Positions 31,095 through 44,033 of a stretch of 64,000 bases of DNA are shown in pieces (within the stretch, counting starts at the first letter, position 1; every line of letters starts with the position of its first letter). Source of the stretch: the human T2T-CHM13v2.0 reference genome, Homo sapiens. Both the position numbers and the translations under genes were made by a program. A model generated the notes under the pieces. It was given only the letters and a program-made list of their open reading frames with translations. It was not told the DNA's origin and made no database searches. The stretch lies in assembly GCF_009914755.1 (NCBI RefSeq), contig NC_060947.1. The stretch is one strand, 5' to 3'.

Positions 31095-31392
31095 CACTGT
31101 TCTTCAAATTCTCTTTTTGAAGGGCCTATAGTTACACGGAGGAGATGACATTTATTCTGGTTCATAATGCGTGAGTTCCTTAAGGCATGGAAGATAAAAC
31201 ATTTTATTCCAAGGCAAGCAAAATTGATGGGGTTGGGTGGGGGAAAATAGTCAAACTTCTAATAAAGTGCTGCTACGGTGCCCATGTCTTCACTTCAGCC
31301 AGACTTGCTTCTTTGATATATTTTATATATTCAGCCCTGTATAAGTTTTCCCTTGGAAAATAGGTTTTTAAGAAAAAATCTGAACACCTTTG
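31095..31392 (+). mobile_element. MER103-like hAT fossil within an L2 relic
   Basis: cttcacttcagccagac...ttttatatatt...aagttttc...aaaaaatctgaacacc resembles the MER103C end. Confidence 0.45.
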
Positions 31393-31934
31393 GGATGTAG
31401 GATAAAATCTCTAAATATGTTGGATAGTCAAAGCTCTCAATGATCTAGTCTGCACCTATCTTTCCAGCCTCTTATCTTACTACATTATCTCATGTCCCCT
31501 TGAAAATAAATACAGATTCTCCCCCAAACACTCTTTCCCGTGTCTTTGCCTCTGCACATGGTTTCCTCTGTACTTGGGAAACCATTTTTCATCTCTCTGT
31601 ACCAGTGAACTCACTCATTATGGCCCACTATGACTCAAAGCAAATCTCAGTTTCTTTCCAGAGTCACAATTACTACCACAATTATCTGTGCTCCCACAGT
31701 ACTCTGGAAGTACTTTGCAAACACCTCCTTAATTCAGTCACTTTAATTTCCTGGGTGAGGTATCATCTTTGATTGTCCCAAGTCCCACTGCCTTGCCAGA
31801 CCCAAAGTAGCTATCGCTAAGTACTTGTGTTAAAATGAACGACATAAAGGTAAAATTTTCCCAAACATGTAATAAATAACACTAATTTACATTTATATAA
31901 TTTGATGTTTGATGCATTAAATTTCTGTGCCATG

Positions 31935-32435
31935 CAGTGGTACACTACAGAGATAGTACCATACTAACTGAATTTAAATCCTGGTTGTACACTTTACTGG
32001 CTTTGTGGCTTTAGGCATATTACCTAACCTATTTACGTTGCAATTTCTTCATGAGTAGCAGATAGGCGTAACTACATCAAAGGACTGAATTAGTTGACAT
32101 ATGTAAATCACTTAGCATAGCACTCAGCTCATCATTACATTTATTCTGGCTCATAATGCGTGAGTTCCTTAAGGCATGGAAGATAAAATATTTTATTCCA
32201 AGGCAAGCAAAATCGATAGGGTTGGGTGAGGGATATATTCAAACTTTTAATGAAGTGGTGCTACAGGTGCCCATGTTTTCACTTCAACCAGACTTGCTTC
32301 TTTGATATATTTTGTATATTTAGCCCTGTTTAAGTTTTCCCTTAGAAAATAGGTTTTTAAGAAAACCTATTTTCTTAAAGAAAAATACCTATTTTCTCAT
32401 CATAAGCACTCAGTGTATGTTAACAACTACTATTC
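31935..32435 (+). mobile_element. MIR, interrupted by a 229 bp local duplication
   Basis: tttaaatcctgg...tttactggctttgtggctttaggc...gtaaatcacttagcatag, resuming at taagcactcagtgtatgtta. Confidence 0.7.
32137..32397 (+). repeat. Copy of 31148-31376 plus fold-back junction sequence
   Basis: About 18 differences in 229 bp by manual count. Perfect 14 bp inverted repeat at 32344-32375. Confidence 0.95.
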
Positions 32436-32739
32436 TGTTGTTTCATACATTGACTTACTACTCATTAAGTGTATTTTAGTCCACATTTCAATAACTGAGA
32501 ATCTTCAGGATTTATCCAACATTCTCAGCTTTAAAGTTACATAATTCTATGTTGATCAAGAAAATAGACAATGAAATTAATTAATGTGTAGGCAATATGT
32601 AGAACTTTTTAAGCAATGAAGATATTTGCCAAAATAAACCAAGTTTTTAAGGCTTCTTTCGTAGTATATTCTATACTTCAACTTGTAGGACAATTTTAAA
32701 AAATCTAGTATGAACAAAAAGGCATTATACCTAATTATT

Positions 32740-34085
32740 AATTTTATTTTTTGAATAGCCTCAACTAATACAATGCATAAATCTTAAGTGTTCAGTACAA
32801 TGACTTTTGATAATTTTTTGATCCCCTGTAACTACCATCAAAAGGAAGATATAGAGCATTTCCATTACCGCAAGAAGTTTCCTCCTGCCTCCACCAAGCT
32901 GATCTTAACAGCCACTTTTTAGAGCTAATCATTGACTGGCTTATTTCAACAAAGATTACTTTTGACTGTTTTGCATTTGATATAAATTGAATCATGCAGT
33001 CACAATTGTTTCTAGCTTCTTCCATACAAGATTGGGCTTTTGAGATGCATCTATATTGTTGCATTCATCTCTCTTTCATTTCTTTTGATGGCTGAGGAGT
33101 ATTTCATTGGAATACTCAATATTATTACTCATGCTTCTGTTGATGAGCCTGTAGGTGGCTTTCAGTCTGGGGCTATCATAGACAGGACTGTTACGAATAA
33201 ATAGTCTTTTAGTTGTCATTTGTAGACATTAGTTTTTATGTATTTTCAAATAAATACCTAGAAATGCAATTGGAAGATAACATGGTTTGGATGTATGACC
33301 CCTCTAAACCTCATGTTGAAATTTGATCCCTAATGTTGGAGAAGGTGCCTAGTGGGAGGTCTCTGGGTCATGAGGACAGATCCCTCATGAATGGCTTGGT
33401 GCCATTCTCATGGTAGTGAGTGAGTTCTTGCTTCATTAGGTCCTATGAGAGATGGTCGTAAAAAAGAGCCTGGCACCTCTTCTCTCTCTCTCTTGCTTCC
33501 TCTTTTGCTATGTGATCTCTGCACACACCAGCTCCTCTTCCCCTTCCCCCACGAGTGGAAGCAACCTGATGTGCTCACCAGATGCAGATGCCCAATCTTG
33601 AACTTTTCAGCCATCAGAATTCTGAGACAAATAAACATTTTGTCTTTGTCAATTACCCAGCCTCAGCTATTTCTTTATAGCAATACAAAATGGACTAAGA
33701 CAGTTGGTTATAGATAAATTATGGTTAACTTCATAAGCAACTGCCAAATTGTTTTCCAAAGCAGGTGTATCATTTTTACACTCCTACTGGCAATGCATAT
33801 CCTTTTCAAAATTTGGTACAGTCAAATGGTTTTTATTATAGCCAACATATTGAATGTGAAATTTTATCACATTAGGGTTTTGTTTTGCATTTCTCTGATG
33901 ACTAGTGATATTGAGCACCTTGTCAAGTGCTTTTTAGCCATATATTTATATATACATAGACGTATACATATACAGACATGAAATACATATATATATATTA
34001 TTGTTTGCAAATGTTTCATGTACCAGGATATCAAACATTTTTTCAGATATATGTACTAAAAATATTTCATCCCAGTCTATGACTT
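32740..34085 (-). mobile_element. Old L1M 3' region interrupted by MSTB
   Basis: atcttaagtgttcag...ttttgagatgcatc...aactgccaaattgttttccaaag...tttgcatttctctgatgactagtgat. Confidence 0.7.
33276..33702 (+). mobile_element. MSTB-like solo LTR
   Basis: atggtttggatgtatgacccctctaaacctcatgttgaaa...tttatagcaatacaaaatggactaagaca. Confidence 0.85.
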
Positions 34086-34086
34086 G

Positions 34087-34240
34087 TGTCAAAGATAAAC
34101 AAAGCATGGCATTAGAGTGGTCAGTAACTATGACAGTCGGGAAAAAAGCAGAGCTCCACTGTGATTCGTACAAGGGTGACTGGGCATTTTAAAGGGAGAA
34201 TGAAAAAGCAGAGAGAAAGAAAATGGGAGATGGGGGTGGA
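34087..34240 (-). mobile_element. MER31-like LTR fragment
   Basis: tgtcaaagataaacaaagc...gtgactgggcattttaaagggagaatg. Confidence 0.45.
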
Positions 34241-34249
34241 TGCTTCTTT

Positions 34250-37180
34250 ATATGTCTCATAATTTTGGCTTAATGCTGTACATTTTTTTAGGACAGTGGT
34301 AACTAAGGCATGCTTTTAGTTGGCCTGGTCTTCAATGTGGGTGCCTGAGACGTTGGGCTGAGTAGGGTTTTATTGTTGAAATTATTACCTTCAGTGTACT
34401 ATGGTCTTTAAATTCCTCTAGTGTTACTGTGTATTTAGGCTGAAAACTCATTTTCCAGAAGATTATTTTCTTAATGTCTGGTCCACCTTCAGCTGGAGGT
34501 CTTCTCTTTTGCCCGTGTCTCAAAGTAGGCTGCAGCCTTCTCTTTTGACCCTCTCCCAGCGGGAGGTTGCTGTTACTTGTTACATGAAGCTGGCTAGGCT
34601 GGTGATAGAGGGTGGAGAGTATTCTCTGGTGTTCTGGTTCAGTCTGAGTTTTAGGCAGGCTCGGTGTCTCCCTTGATCTTACAGTAGGGCATTATTGATC
34701 CTGTTCCTTCCACAGCAGTAGACTCTATTTTTCTTGGCCATGAATGTGTTTCTGCCCTTTCCCTAGGTATAGAGGGATTTCTCTGTTCCCTTTACCCAGC
34801 TGCAATTTGTCTTCATCTGTGCCTGAGGGTGACAGTGCTTGTTGTCATTCCTCTAGTGAATTAAGGCTTTTGTTCCCTAGGGGGAAGAGGGGAAGATAAT
34901 TCATATGGAGCATCACACCAGCTATCTCCTGCTCCCTGTCCTGCACTGCAAAGGAGGCCTTTTCATCCTCTCTACTGCCTCCAATTTTTCTCACGAGGAA
35001 TGTGAGAGGAAAACCTGTAAGTAGATGTGAACTTCCCTTGTTTGTAAGGCTCCAGAGGTTTCTATACTCTCATGCTAGGTCTCCTACGGTAGAATTACAA
35101 GTCATAAATATTATATTTTTTTCAAATATACTCATTTAAAGTGATTTAAATTTCTCTCTAAACCCAGCTTTAGCTGTATCCCAAAATTTGATATACTTTA
35201 TTTCCATTCACTTCAGACTAATTTCTTTTGTATATTTTTTTTGACCCAGGTTTGTTTAGAAGTATACTTGTAATTTCCAAATATGCTGGATTTTCTAGAT
35301 ATCTTATTATAATTTTTACTTTAACTCTGTTGTTGTCATACAGTACACTGTATATGATATCAAACCTTCTAACTTATTAATTCAATATCATGTTGGTCAT
35401 AGATTATATTCTACATAATGTTGATGCTTTGAAATTTATTAAAATTTGTTTTGGGTCTCAGAATATGCTCCATCTTGACGAATGTTGCATGTCTCCACAA
35501 GAAGAATATGTATTCTGCTTTTCTGTGGTATACTGTCCTATAATGTAAAGTAGGTAAATTTATGGTTTCACTCTATCCCCACCCCAATCTCATCTTGATT
35601 TATAGTTCCCATAAATCCCATGTGTTGTGAATCATGGGGGTCGTTTCCCTCATAATGTTCTCATGGTAGTGAATAAGTCTCACGAGATAGGATGTTCTTA
35701 TAAGGGGTTTCCCCTTTCACTTAGCTCTCATTATCTCTTTGCCTGCCACCACGTAAGATGTGCCTTTCACCTTCCACCATGATTATGAGCCCTCCCCAGC
35801 CATGTGGAACTGTGAGTCCATTAAACCTCTTTTCCTTTATAAATTACCCAGTCTTGGGTATGTCTTTATCAGCAGTGTAAAAATGGACTGATACTGTTGA
35901 TAATGTTGTTATAGTCTTATATGATTTCATGGCTCTTATACTTGATGATTTTGTTCTCTATTTGTAATAAATTACTGAGAGGTAGGTGGTTAAATTTCCA
36001 ACCATGATTGTAAACTTGTCTATGTCTTTCTTTGTTCCTCATTTTTTTTTTGTTTCACGTATTTTGAAACTCTGTTTTTAGTTTAATAATGATTTAATAT
36101 TGTTATATGTTCTTGATGAATTGATCCTTTTTATATCACTTCTACTTGTTCTTCTCTATATTTAGTAACAATTTTTATCTTTAATTTTACTTTTTAATTA
36201 ATATAGCCATAGAATCTTTATTATGCTTAGGATTTCATAGCATAATCTTTACACCCACTTACTTGCAACTTATAGTATATTTATATTTAAAGAGCATTTT
36301 TGTAATACAGTGATCTGTTTCTTTTCTATCAAGTCTGATAATCTGTGCATTTTTATTAGCTTGCTCAGCCAATTTATATTTAATCACATTATTAAAGTCC
36401 CTTAATTTAAATTATGTCATTTATTGCTATTTGTTTTTTATTTATATAATTTCTTTTGATTTTTCTGTTCCTTTTTTCCTATCTACTTTTGGACAAATCA
36501 ATAATTTTTTAGTATTTCATTTTAGTTGCTCTGAGAATGTTTTAGGTGTCGCTCTTTGTGTTCTTTTATTGGTCATTCCATAAGTTTCAATGCATATTTT
36601 AATATTATGATAATTTATTTTTAAAAATTACTTTAAGAACAATACAGCAAACTTAAAATAGTACAATTCCATTTATCTCTCCTCCTCTCCTTTGTGATTT
36701 TGCTGCTTTATATTTTTCTACAGTGCTATGAAATTCACAGGACATTGTTTTTGTTCTTGTTTAAATAATTAACAATTAAAATATATGTCATATTTTTAAA
36801 AGGTATTTTATATTTACTGACATATATACGGTTTATATTGCTGCTGCTTCTTATCCCAGAACTAGAATTCCATGTAAAATTATTTTCTTTAACTTGAGAA
36901 TTATAATTTAGCATTTATTAAGGTGCTGGTCTGCTGAAGACAAATTATCTGAGAATTTGAAATTCTGAAAATATCTTCCCTTTACCTTCAGTTATTAAGC
37001 ATGTTTTTACTGGAGATAGATTCTAGGTTCATTTCCCCCCATACTTCAAATATAGCTTCCCATATTGGAGGCCTCTGCCCTCCATTATTTACATTGAAAA
37101 GGCAACTGTTATTTGTAGCCCTGCTTCCATGTTTATATTGTACCTGTATTCTCTGGCTGTTTTTAACAGTTGCTGTTTGC
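34250..37180 (-). mobile_element. Old L1M 5' and ORF2 fragments, interrupted by THE1
   Basis: cagctttagctgtatcccaaaatttg, aagaatatgtattctgct, attactgagaggtagg...taaatttccaacc. Confidence 0.55.
35558..35895 (+). mobile_element. THE1 (C-like) solo LTR
   Basis: tatggttt...gaataagtctcacgagat...ataaattacccagtcttgggtatgtctttatcagcag. Confidence 0.88.
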
Positions 37181-40100
37181 TGCTCATTTTCAGTCCTCTC
37201 TCCTTTGAAGAAAGTTTTGCCCATATCAATAAGGATAAGAAAGGAAAGATAAGATTGAATTAACTATCATTCTCTAAGTGATAATTAACTACCACAGCAA
37301 TAAACGATCATACTCTAAACTCTCCCAATTATAGTGGGGACTTTGCACCTATGTAATGACAGGGTCTTTTGGGAGTGATTATTCTTTCCCCTTATACAAG
37401 GTCCCTTCTTTATGACACTAAGATGCAGTAACTGAGAGTAATTGTTTTGTCCCCACCCTACCTGGTAGATTTTGCTCCCCCTAACCCTTATACACATGCC
37501 TGTTTTCATTCTGGCTACAGAAGAGGTTCCTTTTTGCCTTCTTTAATCAGAGTCCTGCATTAAGAAGGCAAATGTTTAAGCACCAATCTGTAGCATATGC
37601 CATCATAGGATTATTCCTATTAGAACACCAAGTACAGATCACACTCAGAAACCACTACAGGAAAAGTTGATACAGTAAAATTTTTAAATGATTTTTGCAA
37701 ATACCAACTTGATGTATCGGTATTGCACTCTTTCCAACTTAACATTTATTTTGAAACAGCGTAGACAATAACTTCACTCCTACAGTAAACTCATGCTTAT
37801 CTTAGCACTAAGTCCATGACCTGGTACCCCTCTGGAACAGCTCCAATTAACATCAAGCTCATGGCTACTTTTCAACACTGTTTCAACCACCTTCCGGTTG
37901 GTCTCAGGGGGAGCACCCACTCCAGGGTATGTAGAGACCCATGATTGAAATTTCAGAACTAAACTTTTGTTTTGCTTTTCATCTTCCTTTGTGAAAGTTG
38001 CAGAGTACCACATGTTGACCTCTGATAAAAAGCAAGTTAAAAATAGAATTTTCTCAGTGAAAGGCATCTGAGGACAAAAAATAACTCCCTAATAACTAGG
38101 AATAAAAAATATACAACAGCAGATTAATATCTTGATTCCCAGGGCCAGAGGGCTTACCAAATTCTAATGGACCTATTCTCAAATTAGATGTCTTTGCTGG
38201 ATTATGTAACTGCATTAATTTGCCACTTCATCTTAAAATGAGTTCATTTTTGGTGAAAGATTCGTGAAGGGATTAAATGGAAGTGACAATAATAAACTGA
38301 ATAAAGCTCACAGTGCCAATTGCAAAGCTCAAAACTTGGCCAAAGGGAGAAATATGATGTGGTTAATACCACCTAAAGGCTACCTTAATTGACAAGTTTT
38401 TTGAAAAAAAAAAGTAACTTTCTGCACTTGGCTAGATGTTTTTATTTCTCTGTGTCCTCCTAGGAGATTTAGGAGGAAGTAGACAAGAATTAGGGTCCTT
38501 AGCACATTTTAAATATGTCAGCAGCCATCCCCTACCTATGGTTCAGCCTGGGAAAGAAAGAAACCAAGACATTTAAAAAGAGTTTATGAGAAATCTTTTC
38601 ATCATCCCTCTTGGAGATTGTCTTCAAATGGGTCTTCTTTAAATCTGTGATAAGACAAGATGCTTTTTTGTATTTAATGTAGGCATGACTGAAATTAAGA
38701 GCAGGAGAAGTACGTCCGGTTTCAAGTATACAGGAAGGCAACAGGATCAGGCTTTTAGTACATGCTTAAAAGCGTTGTCTTTCTATGAGAGTTTTCATGT
38801 AAGTAGAACTTGAGATTGAGTGATAACTTTCTGATCTTCCTTTGTTGTGGAGCTAGTAGAGGCTGTTAAATGGTGTTCTCATATAGCTCTGAAAACAAAA
38901 CAAAACAAAACAAAAAAGCTCTGAAGGACCGGCAACAGTATCATTTGCTGCCATAAACTTCAGTGTGCATTCCAATGAACAGCAACAAGGCAGTAAATAG
39001 TCAAGATATTTTGATTCTTGTCACTCTTATTTGAGATACATGTGACTTAAGGTACCTGCAGTTTTCATCAACGTTTGCAGCCTTTATATCACTGACTGCT
39101 AACAGAGTACTATCAGAAACCTATTACAGAGATGAGAATGGTTTTATGTTCAGTTGCAGCATTCTAAAAGATGTAACACCACTTGTACATTTCATCATCT
39201 CAATTCAAAATACTCTAGTGACAAAGTGTCAGTAGTACACACTTCCCATTGAAAAAAATGGCTTGAAACTAGATTTTTGGTAAAAACAGCAGAAATGGAA
39301 AAGTGTACTGTACATGTGTAAATTTAAAATTGTCCAGGTGCTGGTGATTATCAATTAATTTTTGCTTAGATATGCAATTATAGTCCTTCCAATTAGAGTT
39401 AACATTAAAATATTATAATTCTGCCTTCTATGTATATTATAGAAGCTGGTTTTATAAACCTATATAAATGGGAAATTATTACTAAAACAAAAGTAAATAA
39501 AACGAAGATAAAATAATTTTGGGAAATTCTTTTGAGTTTAGAATTTCAAGTATATAGAAAACGGACAGCAAAAGCTGGAAAAATATTTCAGAAAAAGATA
39601 AAGGTACTTTTAGCTGACCTTTATCTTAATTAAATATGATTCATTGCTATAAAGAGAGAATTGAACATTTTTAAGTCTCCTTCAAAGTAGAAATTTGTAA
39701 ATCAATATTTAGTAAGGTTATTTTAAAAGTTTAAAAATTCTGATCTGTATTATGAACCTCAAATACCTGAGACAGGTCCCAGTCAATTTAGAAAGTTTAT
39801 TTTGCTGAGGTTAAAGTTGCACACCCATGATACAGCCTCAGGAGGTCCTGACAACATGTGCCCAAGGTGGTCGGGCACACCTTGGTTTTATACATTTAGG
39901 GAGACATGAAACGTCAATCAATACATGTAAGATGTACATTGGTTCACTCCAGAAAAGTGAGACAATGCGAAACAGGGAGGGGGCTTCCTAGTAAGACAAA
40001 GAGTTGCATTCTTTTGATTTTCTTTCCAAAGGAAACAATCAGATATGCATTTATCTCAGTGAGCAGAAGGATGCCTTTGAATAGAATGGGAGGCAGGTTT

Positions 40101-43100
40101 GCCCTAAGCAGTTCCCAGCTGGACATTTCCCTTTAGCTTAATGATTTGGGGGTCCCAAAATTTATTTTCCTTTCGTATTTCCCTGTTTTTCCTTTTAAAA
40201 TCATTCAAAGAAAGCATTTTAGAAGAAAATAAGTCTCTGTTCTCAGGCTTCATCTGATCTCTCATGGCTAGGATAGTTTATTCCTAGACAGGTAGGTCCC
40301 ACATATTTAGAAAAGCTCATTTTTAGCAGGTTGTGAAGTCTCACATCCTACAAAGATAAAATAGGGGGAGGAAGAAAGAAAAACAACAACAAACAAAAAA
40401 AGAACAATCCTGGAAAATCATTATAGGCCATGTTACCCTGAAGTCCATACATCAGTAGACAGAGATGAAAGTGTCTTATGTATGTAAATAGGTTGCTGTT
40501 ATTTTCTTCTATGGTTTAAGTTGTCTAGCTTCAGTTCATAGAGCTTTAAGAAAGCACAGCTTAATTTTCAGTGATTTCAAATTAGGAAAAATGAGGGGTG
40601 CGGAAAAGGAAAAGAAAGAAGGAAAAAAAATAAGAACGTTATTTTGGAGACTTGTAGCCAGGAAAAATTTTAGAATTCATTCCAACTGTAGAAAATAATA
40701 CAAATTGAATACATTAGACAAGACTAGACTCTGACAACAGTTGTACTATAGTTTTTGAAACATAATTTTTCTCTCTCCAGTTTCCTGTTTTTACTAAAGA
40801 CAAACCTGGGTAAGACCAATTTCCTTTATTATACTTGCCCTGATTATTTGTCTAAAGTGCAGCAAGAATAATTATTTTTTAAGATGGCTTTGATGGAACT
40901 TTGTTCCACAGAAGGACTCTCAGATAAGACTTTTGTAAAGCTGAGCACAGCCATGGCTTTGTACCACCGCATACCTATGAGTTAGGCAAATTCCTCTTCT
41001 CTTGAGGTCTCAAGATAACTTGGGGTTCTTGGGCTTGTCAGAAAATGACATTCTTTACTTACCAGAGGCCAGTAATCCTGGACAGGGACTGTGTAGACAA
41101 CACAGAAGGCCAGTTTTCCCAAGGGGCTTTTATTGGCTCTGTAAGTCAATTTTGATTCCTTAAAGGAAAGCACACCATTCCAGTCAAAGCCTTGGTAAAA
41201 TAACCAGTTTCTCCAATGCTGTCCTGTTGCAAAAAGAAATCATTCTTATTGAACTTATGCAAATAACTATATTGCCATAAGTTAAGAATACTCACAAACA
41301 GTTTCCAAATTCTGGAGAAATCATGTAGAGAGAAACAAATATGCTCCAAATTTTGTTCACAAAAGTACACTTTACTCAATTGTTAAAAGCTGCCAATAGC
41401 TCAAAAAAAAGTGTCCTTGACTCTGAAAAACTAAACAAAGGATCAGCAATGTTTTAAGCAAAAAAGTCAAAAAGATTACTTCAGTCCTTTATTAGTTCAG
41501 TCCATGCAGTTAACTCCTGTTCTGTTTGATATTCATAAACATTCCGGCTCTCCATGAGTACTGAAAGCTTTTCCTCTATTCTAATATCACAATCTCCAAA
41601 GTTATCAGAACCCTACATTCAAGAACACCTCCTAGAGTTTCATAGCTGATTATAAAACCACCTTGTAAAGAGGACCAAATTAAGACAATTGTCCATGGAT
41701 GGCAAAAAGTTTTAGGGCAGCCATAGTCAAAGATACAATTGACAAGGAAATTTGTTACTTCTGTTGCACACAATAATTTAACATAACAATTATAATTATT
41801 AATAACATATACTAACTCATATCAGAATTATAGGAGTTTCCCATAATTTTGGAACACATACCAATAACATTTATGTAAATACAGCCTAAAGAAAGCCAAA
41901 CACCATTTCATATTTGACAATACTTCCAGTATGATTTTTACACAAAATAAGCTGAATATGTCTCTTTTGGACTTCAGGGGACTAATATCAAAAAATTAAT
42001 GAGAACCCAATTTAGAATTTGACTTTGGAAAGTTTGTCAAATATGAAAAGTTTAAAAGGCTTGATATCATAAAATAGGATCACAGATCATTGTGAAATAA
42101 AGTATTCATTTAACCAAAATGATCATTCAAATTTTTTTTAAATAAAAAAACCTTTATTCTTTGAGAGAGGAGACTTAATTTCCAAAACAATAAGCCTTAA
42201 TAAAAACAGCATGAGACCAATTAAATTTGTTTTCAAATTTTATAAGCAATCTATACAATTTTAGTCATTTTGACCTAAGATATACTTTTCATAAGCCTTT
42301 TTATAACCTTTATAACCTTTATTAAGGAATGGGTTAATGCTCCAAGAAAACCTTGTTAATCTGACACAGGGGCCTATATACTGGACTTTCATCAGTGTGT
42401 CTTTGACATTAATGGTTAATTTATAGAGAAACAGAGCTTATTTTATCTCTCAAAATTGGCTCTCACACTCTCACATGCCCACTTCTTCCATGATAGTCCT
42501 AGGTCTTGAGGAGTTTTAATTTCTGGCCCTGTGTCTCATAAACACAGTTTATTGTGATTGGTATCTTCTACCAGGTCTGAAAATGAGGCTGTAACTGTGG
42601 TCAGTGTTTAAGATTTAGCAGGATTTAGTGTCCTTTTGAGACCCAGGGGTCAAAGCCCTGTAACTTAATGACACAAAAACTTTAAAAGCACATATAGGAA
42701 GTTATCCAGATATAATAACCTTTATTTATTTATTTTTTTAATCTACAGTTTTTTTAAGCAAACCAAACTTACTAATAATAACACAGGAATTTTTTCAATA
42801 AATAATAAGATTTGTTTATTAGGTCAATTACTCAAAGGAAAACAAAAGACCTACTGCAGTGCGACCGCTCTTCCCTATGGGGAATATTATGTTGGAAAGA
42901 AATATGTCCTTTGGACCTCTAAGATAAATGATTTTTTTTTTTTAATCAGTTAGAACCCAAAGGAAGAAAAAAAAGAAAAGAAAAAAATTTTTACAGGAGC
43001 TGAAAATGATCTGAAGGATACAGTTATTTTTTCAGGCCTTTGAAAAAGGGAGAGAAAGCTGAAAACAGCAAGATGCAATAAAAGTTAAACTTTGATTAAA

Positions 43101-43793
43101 AAAATTATAATGTCTTGTAATTTATTAAGAGTAAAGCAATGCCTTAAGAAAATTTTATAGTTCAAACCAATTTTTTAGTGTATAAGTGTTTTTTAAATTA
43201 AAACCCAATCTCTAGAAAGACCATTATAACATCCCTTTAATTGTAGACTACTTGACAATATAAAAGTTTTGGATTTTCAAAATAAATTCTCTTATTATGA
43301 CTTACACAGACTGTTCATGACATGCTTGGACTTCCTGGTTTGTCCTAAACATTGCTTTCTTAAACAACCAGTCATTGTATTCTAGGAAAAAATTTACCAA
43401 ACAAGATTCTTTCTCATATAAAATTATTTCTCTTTAAGCTTTCTTACCAAACAATAACTCTTTATTTCTATAACTTTCTTTACATCTGTCTTATTTTCTG
43501 TTTCCTCTTACCTTGTTTTTTACATAATCTTTAAATAAGCTGTGAATTAGACAAAAAAATTCACCTGTTTTAAAAGGACACACATTTTTTAGAAATAATG
43601 TTTTCCTGTGATATTTATTATTTGGAAATACCCAAATAATGAAATATATGTTATTTAATTTACTATAACTTTAGATTCTAAATTATGACAAGTTTGTCTA
43701 CAAGTATTTATCCCATCACATTTACCTAATTATTTTATTTTATAGTTTATCTATATTCTTTATGAAAACTGTGATAGTTATCATTTAAAGTTA

Positions 43794-44033
43794 TGAAACC
43801 ACCATTGCAAAATTGTAACTGAGAAAGTGAAAAAGATATGACCAATTGACGCCATCTTGCTTCTAACCTCCAAGCTGACCTTGTTCATTCCTGGGCATAG
43901 GTCTAACTAACTTTGTGAGGAAGTTAGTTTAAAGTTTAGCTTTGAAACTAAGATGACAACAGTCTTTCCCTGAAACAAATCCCATTTTGGCTGGGAGACT
44001 AGACATTTTAAAGCCACAAAATTAGAAGTTATG
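43794..44033 (+). mobile_element. LTR8-like 5' fragment, antisense within the MER4 internal region
   Basis: tgaaaccaccattgcaaaattgtaactgag...ccatcttgcttctaacctccaagctg...ttcattcctgggc. Confidence 0.7.

Noticed and set aside
32128-32403. 8 bp flanking repeat read as hAT transposition of the MER103-like donor
   Set aside because: The copy lacks both terminal inverted repeats, and at about 92% identity it looks too young for that old family. Repair synthesis fits better.
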